Origin: Elsinoe ampelina
Lineage: Eukaryota
Length of the DNA: 64,000 nt
NCBI GenBank assembly: GCA_010093995.1
Contig: ML992510.1
Location: 1-64,000 of the forward strand
Direction of reading: 5' to 3'
Positions 25,152 through 36,543 of this stretch are shown here, piece after piece; position 1 is the first letter of the stretch; each line of letters begins with the position of its first letter. The notes beneath the pieces were generated by a model. It searched no databases and was not told the origin of the DNA. It was given only the letters and a program-made list of their open reading frames with translations. A program made the position numbers and the translations under genes.

Positions 25152-26597
25152 CCCTTCGGCGCGTTCACAGCTGAAGTTAGCTGTTTCACCCCGCTGGCTC
25201 CCGGGCCCCCTTGGGCTGAGGGTTTACTGCCGGACAAGACGGGGATCGTGGGTGGTGCAAGCGACATCAGAACAGACTCACCAGATCATCTATGTACCTC
25301 CTGCAAAAACCATCAGAATGCGCTGCAAGCCCATCGACCGCAAGCACTGATTGACTTTGTCGCCGTCTACAAAGACTTGGACAGTTGCTTCTGGTGCAAT
25401 ACTGAAGAAGAGAGTGGGAAATTGGTCGATACGCGCCCCGTTTTCGGTATGAAATTGTGCCTATCCTGCTGCGTCCGTTGGCGGGACAGATCGCGGCTGC
25501 ACCTCCAGATTGGAGTCCATATTCCTTCGACCTACGAGTTCAAGTGTCAGCATCCGAATTGCAAGCTTGCCGACAAGAAGCAAGCACAAAAATGGTACTT
25601 CCCAGACGACGAGTCGGAGTTTGCGGGCAAATTGCTCGGTCTTGCCTGCTACACGTCAACTAGAAAGAGCAAGCCCCATCAGTACAACGAGTCGATCACA
25701 AATGCACTCCATCCAGTCTCTTCACAGGATATCACAAGGGAAAATGCGGGCGGGTACGAGGTGTACTGCACGATCAACATGGGCTTCCTTTCCACGAAAC
25801 AGACGGAGCTTTCGCGAGTCTGGATGATCATCGGCTGGGCATCGACCCGTCTCATGTCGATGTCGACCCCACCTGTCCTGGATTTGCTAGTAACGCGTTT
25901 CTTCAAAGAAAGAGTGCAACGAGGTCTGACCCTCCTGGCGGATCTGGAGGATGGAGAATATCCTCCCAAGAAGAAATTGAAGGGCGGAGACCTCAAGAGG
26001 GCTGTCGCGTCCGAGCGAAAGGGGTCGAAGCCGACCACTACCGGGGATGATGATGCAACGAACAAGATTACGACGGACAAAGTTACGACTATCGCATGGG
26101 GCGCTACGACATTTGGTCCTCCTCGCCGTCGTCTCAATGACGTTGTGGCAGAAACGCTCAACCGCATCCATCGCCCTGCCGTGACTGACAATGATCGAGA
26201 GATCGACGAAGACGACATGTCCACGGAAGAGAGGAAGGAAGACAGCCATCCACCCGCACGCCCTGTTCAGACCTTCCTGTCATTCCCGTCGACCTTGCCA
26301 GGATGGGCGGATCCCATACGTTCGCGACTGAATCAAGCAAGAACTTCTAGCGGTAGAGAGCAGGAAAAATATGATACGAATCTTACCTCATCCACATCGA
26401 CAAGCCCGACAGACAGCGTCTACTCGAGACAGCATCAGACGAAGCTGTCCACTGCCGACGACGACAAAAGAGATGAAGCTGTCCCTTCTGTGGAATCCGC
26501 GCAATTGGGATCGACAACCTTGTCTACCTCAGCATCGTGGGAGGACGTCATGCGATCCCGTCTCCGACGATCGAGAACACATTTCCCACCCACATGA
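25152..26597 (+). CDS. Uncharacterised Cys-rich (GATA-like finger) protein; start unresolved, possibly pseudogenised
   Basis: Open frame of about 480 codons with LCTSCK...HRPQALID...CFWC...LCLSC...FKCQHPNC...WYF...AGKLLGLAC, NLS-like PPKKKLK and a disordered tail. No in-frame ATG before the fingers. Confidence 0.55.
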   Translation, partial: PFGAFTAEVSCFTPLAPGPPWAEGLLPDKTGIVGGASDIRTDSPDHLCTSCKNHQNALQAHRPQALIDFVAVYKDLDSCFWCNTEEESGKLVDTRPVFGMKLCLSCCVRWRDRSRLHLQIGVHIPSTYEFKCQHPNCKLADKKQAQKWYFPDDESEFAGKLLGLACYTSTRKSKPHQYNESITNALHPVSSQDITRENAGGYEVYCTINMGFLSTKQTELSRVWMIIGWASTRLMSMSTPPVLDLLVTRFFKERVQRGLTLLADLEDGEYPPKKKLKGGDLKRAVASERKGSKPTTTGDDDATNKITTDKVTTIAWGATTFGPPRRRLNDVVAETLNRIHRPAVTDNDREIDEDDMSTEERKEDSHPPARPVQTFLSFPSTLPGWADPIRSRLNQARTSSGREQEKYDTNLTSSTSTSPTDSVYSRQHQTKLSTADDDKRDEAVPSVESAQLGSTTLSTSASWEDVMRSRLRRSRTHFPPT

Positions 26598-27368
26598 CGG
26601 CCATCATCATCAGCTGAGAGTCCGATAGCTCCCCAATATCTCCTTTTTGGAAGCAGGTCTCAGGTGCCAATGGACATTTGCTTGCGAGTGTGCTTGAGGA
26701 ACGAACGATCAATCTCAACTATAGTCTAGTCCACCGGCGTATAGAGGTATGCTGCTATATCTCTCTATGAAGTTTAGTGACAAGTCTACAATTACCCTGG
26801 TAGTAATTCCACCTCCTAAGACACATATTCAGCTATAGATGGCCGAGTAGTCATGGCGTCGTGTTCGGGTCATCTCGAGACAATGGACAGGAACGTCATG
26901 CGTGCTGACAGGAGCGGAAGTGCGTAAGGCGGCTGGTACGCAGAATAGAAACTACCAGACGACCACAACACGACATCAATCCAGTAGGTCTAATAACGGC
27001 GCGGAAATCGAAGCTGTAGTGCATTCCAGCGATTGTGGCGGGGGACGTGAGCACGGTCCGGATGGTCGCTCGACCTACTAAGGTAGCAGATCAATACATA
27101 GCCACAGCATGTCTGGTAGGAATTGAGTGACTTCGAGCCATACAAATGCACAGTCAAAGCGAGTGGTCGTTTGTAAATGATGGTCTGGCGAAGCTTCCGT
27201 TGAGCATAATGGTACGGGTTGAATGTCGTCCGCAAGCTAAACCAGCAGCTTGAGGGGGAATCCGTCAACATGTATCAAATTTTGAATCCTGTAGAGCAAA
27301 CGTTATCAGCAACGAAGGTTTAGCTGCAAGAAAGTTTATGCAGCAAAGAATTTCCATGAGGATGGCTA

Positions 27369-27523
27369 ACGTCTGCCCCGGGGATCTGGCCATCCCCTAG
27401 AACTGGCCACCCCAAGTTTGGAAGGTGAGAAGTAGGGTATGACCCTACTGACAAACCAATCATCAGCCGCAAATCGCCAGGGTGGCCAGTTCTAGGGGAT
27501 GGCCAGATCCCCGGGGCAGACGT
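27369..27523. mobile_element. MITE of the Tc1/mariner pogo-Fot1 type, 155 bp, 44-bp perfect TIRs, TA target-site duplication
   Basis: ACGTCTGCCCCGGGGATCTGGCCATCCCCTAGAACTGGCCACCC at 27369-27412 and its exact reverse complement at 27480-27523. Flanked by TA at 27367-68 and 27524-25. Confidence 0.92.
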
Positions 27524-27763
27524 TACGAACAGGCCAAGACAATCGACAAGCTCGAGATCGACGAATGTCTCGGCAATGTGGGGCGGAAAGCCTTGGCGGA
27601 TGACGGTAGCGGTGGCGCACAGGCCAGGAGGTGTTCAGCGGCGCGCAGATTTCCCTCGGCCCTTTTTCCATAACCACACATTATTCTCCACATGTCTATG
27701 ACACCGTTCGCCGGTAAGACGGACGAAATGCTATCGATGCCTGAAAAGTATGCCGTGGCCAAG
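27476..27763. promoter_or_regulatory. Five PacC/Rim101 consensus sites (GCCARG) upstream of the ENA ATPase
   Basis: GCCAGG 27476, GCCAAG 27533, CTTGGC 27592, GCCAGG 27623, GCCAAG 27758. Confidence 0.55.
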
Positions 27764-28245
27764 ACTAGGGACGGACGTCACCTGCCGGTGTTGAGCATTC
27801 TTGCCTCCCAGAGAGCTCGGCACATGTCTTGGTACGGGAATATAGGAGCATGAGTCTTGGTCATGGCAACACAGGTAATAATATAAGCAGCAGCGACTGC
27901 CCCTTTCCATTCCGTGGGTAGGTTCCATACAGACCGTTTACTTTCACTCTTCTCTTTGATACGATCATACACCCTGTAGCAGTCCCTGCATTACCCGGAC
28001 TCATTTGTCGATTGGACCAACCGCCAAACACGGCGCTGACAAGGAGGAGTCTGGCCCAACACCTGTGCTGAAGTCTCCATGACATACAAAAGCTACTACC
28101 ATTCATCCAACACAATCCACGACGCTGTTCGTGGACACAAATATCGAAAGAAGCGAAAAGTTACTCGTCAACTACCATCTGCATTGGTCAGCCATCGAGC
28201 GCGTCTCCTACCAATTCCATTCCTGGACAGTACCTCGGAATCGAG

Positions 28246-31200
28246 ATGACCAAAGGCACCAATCGTCTGGCGGGCCACGTCAGTGGCCAGTCGAACCGTC
28301 CGCTGTCAAAGCCCGCCCACAGCCTGTCTGTCCAGCAAGTCCTCGACGAGCTGAACACCGAAGCATGGTCCGGCATCGACGAAGGCGAGGCCAAACGCCG
28401 ACTTGACGACTATGGTGCAAACGAGATAGGCGATGTCGAGGGCGTGTCTATCTGGAAAGTCCTAGTCGCTCAGGTCGCAAACGCCATGACGCTCGTCCTT
28501 ATCATGGCAATGGTCGTCAGTTTTGCCATCCGGTCATGGATCGAGGGAGGTGTAGTGACCGCGGTCATTCTGCTCAACATCGTTGTCGGCTTCTTCCAGG
28601 AGTACTCTGCCGAAAAGACGATGGACTCTCTCCGCTCTCTGAGCTCGCCGACAGCTCGACTCATCCGTGGTGGGCAGCAGATGACTGTCCCGTCCAATGA
28701 AGTGGTCCCAGGCGACGTCATCGAGATCAAGACTGGTGATACGCTCCCAGCAGACGTCAGGTAGGTACCATATCCACAATTGATCGATACTCGCTGACAA
28801 TAGCAGGATCTTCGACGCTGTCAATTTTGAGACTGATGAAGCCTTGCTGACAGGCGAATCACTGCCAGTCCGCAAGCAAGAAGACACTACATTCCCCGAC
28901 GACACTGGACCTGGAGACCGGCTCAACGTCGCCTACAGCTCGTCCAACGTGACCAAAGGGCGTGCCAAAGGTATTGTCTTTGCGACTGGCCCATTCACCG
29001 AGATCGGCGCCATTGCTGCTCAACTACGTGAGACAGAGTCAAAGGTCCGCCCTGTCAAACGCAAAGAGAATGGAAAAGCCAAGCCACATCGGTATCTGGA
29101 GGCATACACCTTGACTTTCACAGACGCTATCGGACGCTTCCTGGGTGTCAATGTCGGTACACCGTTGCAAAAGAAGCTGTCAAAGCTCGCCATCTTGCTC
29201 TTCGGGATCGCTGTAGTCTGCGCAATTATCGTGCTCGGCGCCAACGAGTTTAGTGAGCGACAGGAGGTAGTCATCTACGCCGTCGCCACGGGTCTCTCGA
29301 TGATACCGGCTAGTCTGGTCGTCGTGCTGACCATCACTCTGGCGGCCGGGACAAAGACTATGGTGAAGCGACATGTCATTGTGAGGAACCTGAAAGCTCT
29401 AGAGGCTCTCGGAGGTGTGACAGATATCTGTTCGGATAAGACAGGTACCTTGACGCAGGGCAAGATGATCGCTCGTGGCGCTTGGATCCCTGGCAGGGGC
29501 ACGTACACAATCGAAAATTCCGACTCGCCGCAAGACCCAACGGCCGGGCAAGTTCGTCACCACGACGATGCTCCGCATCAACTTGACCTCAAGGCCGGAG
29601 CGGAAGCTGGCGGGACTGTACTTTCCTCGGAGCAGGTCGGGCAGCACAATCAGGGATATCTCGAAAACTTCTTGCGCGTGGCGGCGCTGGCCAACCTGGC
29701 TGTCGTCAAGCAGGACAAGGAAGGAGCATGGGAGGCACGTGGGGATCCAACAGAGATTGCGATCCAAGTCTTCGCTGCTCGTTTCGGGATGAACAGGTCC
29801 AGCCTCGTCAACGGCGAAGGCAACACCTGGGATGATCTTGTCGAGCTTCCATTCGACTCGGATGTGAAGAAGATGTCGGTCATCATGACGCACTCCACTG
29901 GAAACCACGTCTTTACCAAAGGGGCCGTGGAGCGAGTCCTCGGCAGCTGCACGGATTACTCATCCGATGAAGGGGGCGAGTCGACTGCGGTGACTGAGGA
30001 ATTTAAGCAGGGCGTGCTAAAGAATATGGAGGCCCTGGCAAGTCTCGGCCTCCGAGTCCTCGCCTTGGCCAGTAAGCCGTGGCCTCACGACGTCGAAAAG
30101 GGCGCCGAGGTCGATCGTGCCGCGGTCGAATCTGATTTGGTCTTCCGAGGGTTGATCGGGTTGTACGACCCGCCTCGAGCAGAGTCCGCCCCTGCTGTAC
30201 GCCAATGTCATGAAGCCGGAATCGAGGTACACATGCTCACGGGAGATCACCCCGAGACAGCCAAGGCCATTGCCATTGAGGTCGGAATTCTGCCTTCCCA
30301 AGACAGGATGAAGAGGATCCCTCGCGACGTGGCCGAGAAGTTGGTCATGGCGGCTTCTGATTTTGATAAGCTCACGGACGATGAGATTGATGAGCTGCCG
30401 ACGCTTCCTCTTGTGGTCGCCAGATGTGCACCGAGCACAAAGGTCCGCATGATTGAAGCGCTGCATCGCAGAGGTCGCTTTTGCGCAATGGTAAGTCGTT
30501 CTCCTTCCAGAAGTGATCGGGCAGAATACTGACACGGTGTAATAGACTGGAGACGGAGTCAATGATTCGCCTTCCCTGAAGCGAGCCGATGTAGGTATCG
30601 CCATGGGCCAAGCTGGGTCCGACGTCGCAAAGGTTTGTTAGACACTCGATACCATCTCCGAGACAGACCCGCTAATCCCGATTCAGGAAGCTTCTGATAT
30701 CGTGCTGACCGATGACAATTTTGCATCAATCCTCGCGGCTATCGAAGAAGGACGCAGGATCTTAGACAATATCCAGAAGTTCGTGCTCCATGTGCTGGCC
30801 GAGAATGTCGCACAAGCCGGTACACTTCTCATCGGTTTGGCCTTTAAAGACAACACTGGTTTATCTGTCTTTCCACTCGCACCAGTGCAAGTCGTCTGGA
30901 TCATCATGGCAACCTCTGGTCTACCTGATATGGGCCTTGGCTTCGAGCGAGCTGTCCCGGTTATCCTTCAGCGTCCCCCACAGTCGCTGAAAGCTGGAAT
31001 ATTCACCACAGAATTCATTGTCGACATGGTCGTGTACGGCCTCTGGATCGCGGCTCTGTGTCTGTCGAGCTTTGTCCTCGTGGTGTATGGATTCGGCAAT
31101 GGCGAGCTCGGAACGGGCTGTAACGAGACGTACAGCCAGACCTGCGAACTCGTCTTCCGTGCCCGCGCCACTACCTTTGCATGCCTCACTTGGTTCGCCC

Positions 31201-31628
31201 TCTTCTTGGCTTGGGAGATGATCGACATGCGCCGCTCTTTTTTCCGTATGCAACCAGGGTCGAAGCGATGGTTCACACAGTGGATCTTGGACATTTGGCG
31301 GAACCAGTTCCTCTTCTGGGCCGTCATCGCTGGCTTTGTGACGCTGTTCCCGCTGATCTACATTCCCGTGTTGAATACTGTCGTTTTCAAACATGCTCCG
31401 ATCGATTGGGAGTGGGCTATTGTCTTCATCGCGGCCGGGATCTTTTTCGCTGGTGTTGAGTCCTGGAAATGGGCAAAGAGGATCTTCTTCCGCCGTCGTG
31501 CGAAAAACAAGATGGGGCACGCCTTCAAGGATATGGATGTTGAGGATCGGGTGTTTGGCAGATTCTACGAGGGAGGTGACCTCAAGTCAGATCAGAGTTC
31601 GGAGGAGAAGAAAGACGAGGTCGCTTGA
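28246..31628 (+). CDS. ENA1: P-type IID Na+/K+-exporting ATPase (ENA type), 4 exons
   Basis: [47 protein letters not shown] signature [21 protein letters not shown]. Confidence 0.95.
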
Positions 31629-33551
31629 ATCGATGTCAAGCCGGATTTTCGTCCCGCAGCATGTATGCAGGCGTCTAGATATTGGGGAGGGGTTTCCCTT
31701 GCTGGGTTTTACCTCCTAGCGAGCACAAAATGGTCATTAGACGTGTACTTTCCAAGTCCGAAGATGATGATCAAGTATAGACAAGTTCGAGCTCAGACTT
31801 GAAGACAGATTCGATGACGGGTCCGAAGATTGAACACCAGAAGATTGAACACTAGAGATCTCATGCATGCTCTAACGTAATGCCCCTGGGGGCCTCTGCG
31901 GTGGCATTAGAGGGATAGAGATCAAGTCGATGAGCAGGCATACAGCGCCGAGCCGTTCATCTAAAATATCGAGACAATCAGGGCCAGCCATGTCGAATCA
32001 ATAGGGCCGTGAAGCTAGCGCACATCCGGGCATAAACCGTGAACAAAACGATCAGGCTTTCGTCCAGAGCCCCTTGATGGAGTATTGCCGCCGTCGCCTG
32101 CCACAAACCAGCCGTGGAAGTCCATCCGCTAGCTGGACCGATATTGCCAGCCATCCACATTCATCCCGCTTGCTGTTCAAACCTGAAGCGGCTTGAGCGA
32201 CAGCTAGAAGCTGAAGTGTTGTCACTAGCCTGCTTCAATTGGAGGCGTGAGGAGATGAGATAAGATTCCTTGTCAGATACTGTAGAGTAGTTCCAAGCCC
32301 GCACGGCTTGCAGTATGCATGACCCAGCAGAAGGCGGAACATGTCGCAAAGCAGATTTGGTCTTGGAAGCGGATGGTCCAGGTTATAGAGACAAGTGAAT
32401 TCATAAATCGGAGTATTGAATGAATCGTAGATAAGGCCTCTGATATCCCCAAGCGAGCGGCACGAAATGTACAGAGTTATGTGCCGTGAATGGTCATAAT
32501 TTTGCGCCTCGTGTGGACGAGCGAATCTTCGCGAACACGATTACCCTCTCACGCTCTACACTCGTATTTTGCAATGTGAACCTGTGAAATCGATGCTCCC
32601 TAGTAGGTATTTGGCAGATGTGAGTCTATTTTCTGTGTTTCTTTTTGTTGTTGTTGGTTTGTGGGGCCGGTTCTGGAGCGGCGAAAATTCTATATCAAAT
32701 CCAGGTGCGGTTCACAACCTCTCATCGTACTCCACCAAAAATGATCAGAACAACTCCAAATTGCACTAGAGGATGGAGAGATGCATGGAGAATGATCTCG
32801 GGAGCAAAAAATCGAAGAAATCTCCGTTTGACGAAGACGCGATTCGAACGCGCGAATCTTTCGATACTGCGATTTTGTCCTGGTGCTATAACGCCTCAGG
32901 AACCTGAACACAGCGCCATGACCACTCGGCCACTTCGCCAAGATAGCCATTGAATTACGCGTAAAACATTCATATCATTTTTGCTGTGTTTTGGATCCGT
33001 TGTTGGTCTAGGAAGCTGTCCGCGGTGGGAGCAACATTCAGGCACGTAGGGCGGCCAATCACACTCTCGGTATGCCACAGTGAAGTTGCCACGAAGCTAT
33101 GATTGTCTGCGGTTGAGGAGCAATGACAACATCGTAAGACTTAATTCACTAGCGGTGCAGCAAGGCTCGCATGCCACGAGAGGCTTTGGGTGGCATTCAG
33201 GGGTTCGCCACAACACACATGACCAAGACTTCGAGCTGAATGAGCTGCAACTAGAATACGTTGACAGTGATGTGACAGCAACGTTTTAACGTTAATATAT
33301 CAAGCAGATCGGAGTGAGTCCACGTAAATCATTCCAGCACCAACCTGATACTCGGCTCGTTGTAGCATCCGGACTTCAAGTACTACCGGTACGTGCAACC
33401 AGACACATCTACAACTCTGGAAGTGATCAGGAGCCATCATATGAGCAGAAATGAGCATTGAGTCACTACTACAAACGAAGGTATCTATCCAGACTCCGAG
33501 CCTCCGACCAACCCGCTCGCAAGCTCACTGCCTTCTGCTCCTCGGCTTTCC

Positions 33552-35484
33552 CTAAAAGTTCTCCATCAAGTGATACCTCTCCCCCTTCCTCTCCAACGCA
33601 TCCTCCACCTGCTTCATCACCCCCAACACCTTCTCCTCCTCCAACCTCCTCCCCACAATCTGCACCCCAACCGGCAGTCCCGCCATCTTCCTCGCATCAT
33701 AAAGCGTGTACGCCCCCCTCGCCACCCCGTTCAGCTTGCGAAGACTAAAATCAGCAGGTAATGCGTCCTTGACCGGATCCACGCGAGTGACTGGCAAGAC
33801 ACCACAGGAGTAATCCAGCAAGTTGAACAAGAAAGTATACCCACACGAGCTGACGGCTTCTTTCATTCCATCATGAGGGACGGCGGGCGTGGCGTTGGGC
33901 ACAGTGAGGAAGGCATCCATGTACCCATCATCGCCTGCCTTCTCCTTCTCAGAGGCAAAATGCTTCGTCTCCTCGGACAAAGTGGCGAAGCTAGTGGCCG
34001 ACGACAGAGGAGGGGAGGGACTATCGCTCGATCTGCTCCCGTTCATGCCATCAGTGAGTGTGGCGGTACTGGAAGAAGCAGAGGGGAAAGTGACGCCGGT
34101 CCACCACTCGTACCATTTCGCCTTGAAGGCTTCGCGGCGGGCGACGAGTTGCCAGTTCTGGTAGGCGGATTTCGGGGAGAAGACGAGGATGAGGCCAGCC
34201 CAGATGGGGTCGCGTTGGACGTAGCGCACGTAGAGGTAGTAGAGGTAGCGGATGGGGGAGGGAAGGGTCATGATGAATTCCATTTGGCTGGCGCCGGGGT
34301 CGGTGCTCTCGCCGGTGCGGAAGAAGGAGCGGAAGGTTTTGGTACCGTCTGCGTTGAGGAGTTGGGAGGCGATTACCAGGGCTTCGTATGGTAGGGCGTC
34401 GGGCGGTGGAGTGAGCTCGACGATTTCGTGGCCTGCTGATTGGAGTGCTTCGACGGTGGTCTGGAGTGCTCTGGCGCAAGCTGGAGAGGGATCGATGACA
34501 CCGTCAGTACGAAGCACACCGATTCGGAGTTTCCGAGACGAAGACGTTGTTGAGCTGTAGACTTGTTCTCGCCACTCGATAGGGTGGACGGTGTGGTCAT
34601 ACTTCCATGGCTTACACTGGATGAGTGCTCGCGAGAAGTATGTCAGGTCAAAGAGGGTGCGAGCCATAGGGCTGAATACGGACGGAATGCCCTCCTGGCC
34701 TGGCATTGAGGTATCAACGCCCGCCTTGGGCCATCTACCGGTCGAACAGCGAAGGGAGTAACAGCCAGAGAAATGTGCAGGTGCCCGGACGCTACCGGCG
34801 ACGTCGGAGCCAATACCGATTCGCGATCCTCCAAAAGCCAGAATAGCGCCTTCGCCGCCTGTACTGCCACCCGGGCTGTAATTGATGTTGTGCGGATTCT
34901 TGCAGCGTCCCCAGAGATCGTTGGTAGACTCGAATGATAGTAAAGTGATGGGCAGTGCGGTCTTCACAAACGGTACAGCACCAGCATCCTTCAAAAGTCG
35001 GACAAGACCACCGTCTTTGCTGACCGGTTTGAAGGTCTTTGCAGAGTAACCGACCGAGGTGTCATAACCAGCAACATTGATCGAGTCCTTGAGAGAGACA
35101 GGGATACCAGCAAGAGGCCCTTGCAGATTGATGGAGCCTTCCTTGATCCATTTCTCAGCACCAGAGATCATGATCTCGGTCAAGCAGTTGGTCTTCTCGT
35201 GCGCTCGGATCGCAGCTTTGCCATACGACCTGAGGACATCCGCAGCAGATGTCGCGTTGGATTGTACATCCTGAACCAGCTTGTCGATCGGCGCATGGAG
35301 AATGTTCAACTCATGTGGTGAAAAGGCTGCATGATAAGACGGCTCGAGTGCTGCTATGCGGTCTCTGCGCTCCTCCTGTTTCCGTTGGCTATGCCGAGTC
35401 AACAAACTGATATCAAGACGAAGGCGAACGCGGGGTAGCTACTGACCAGTCACGCCGATGTTGAAAGTATGATGTTGGGCCCAT
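33552..35484 (-). CDS. Amidase-signature family enzyme (acetamidase/FAAH-like), 2 exons
   Basis: PVSLKD, PGGSTGGEG, GSDVAGSVRAP (Lys-Ser-Ser triad), GLPVGVQIVG. Short first exon MGPTSYFQHRRD. Confidence 0.92.
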
Positions 35485-35802
35485 AATGGCTAGGAACAAT
35501 GACAGCTAATTTACAAAATACTCAGATGTCCATGTCAACACCACTTGAAGCTAAATGGATAGCAATCACTGCACGAGGTGGCTCGGAATGAAACATGCGA
35601 GAGGTAAAGTAGAAGAGGCCGACGTCAAGCGCGCGGGATCGGCCCTCGCTTAAACTTGCCCGAGCAAGACATCATTCTCTCTCCTCTCTCTCCGAACCTC
35701 CGAGCCTCGACAGCTTTCTCCGCAATTTGACTTTCATCTCTTTTTCGGTATCTACCTTAGGCTCTTTGGAAGCCACGGGTTCACGGGTTCTCTCGTACTG
35801 CC

Positions 35803-36543
35803 ATGTCCGGGACCAGGACAGCCTCAACTACAGGGGAGACATCTAATACGCCATCGGTACAGCAGCGGGCCACCATATTCAGCCGTAGCGAGCACGACCG
35901 GCTCTCGTTGCCATTCCCTGCTCGTCTGAGCTTGTCGTTCATCTGTAGCTCCTTCACCGGTCTTGGTTTGGGATCATACTATGGCGCTCAGTCTGCTGGA
36001 CTACGGTTCAGAGCCGAGAACGCTCATCGGCTGCCCACGTCAGAGGTAGGATGGTTTCTATACCACAAGAGCAAGAATTACCATGCGATGCTTGGAGGAG
36101 TCAAAGAGGGCATCAGGATGGGGGCGAAGCTTGGAATATGGGGTGGACTATTCTTCTGGATGGAGGAAGGTGTGGACAGGACGCGGGGAGCCGTTGTGAG
36201 AGGATGGACCGGTTTTCAGGACCGCAGAAGAGCAGAGAAGGGTTGGGAAGAAGCTGGGCTTGAGAAGGTTGACTTCATGGACGGACCTCCAGTATGGGTA
36301 CAACGGGACTTTTTGAGTACTACAGTGGCAGCACTCGGAACAGCAGGGGCATTTAGTGCATGGAATCGCTTTTCGCTGCCAACCGCTGCGAGGGCAGCGA
36401 GGATGGGATTAAAAGTAGGCCTAGCTTTTGGACTGCTACAGGACTTTCTTGGGTACTTTAGAGGTCGCCGGCTGGGTTACGTCGAGTTCATCAAGCGCAG
36501 GTTCTCCAGATCACGAGACAGGCAAGGTCTCACAACAATCTGA
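35803..36543 (+). CDS. Conserved fungal membrane protein, Tim17/Tim22-like Gly-rich helices
   Basis: 246-aa ORF with GxxxG-rich TM-like helices and RFRAENAHRLPT..GWFLYHKSKNY. Confidence 0.7.
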   Translation: MSGTRTASTTGETSNTPSVQQRATIFSRSEHDRLSLPFPARLSLSFICSSFTGLGLGSYYGAQSAGLRFRAENAHRLPTSEVGWFLYHKSKNYHAMLGGVKEGIRMGAKLGIWGGLFFWMEEGVDRTRGAVVRGWTGFQDRRRAEKGWEEAGLEKVDFMDGPPVWVQRDFLSTTVAALGTAGAFSAWNRFSLPTAARAARMGLKVGLAFGLLQDFLGYFRGRRLGYVEFIKRRFSRSRDRQGLTTI

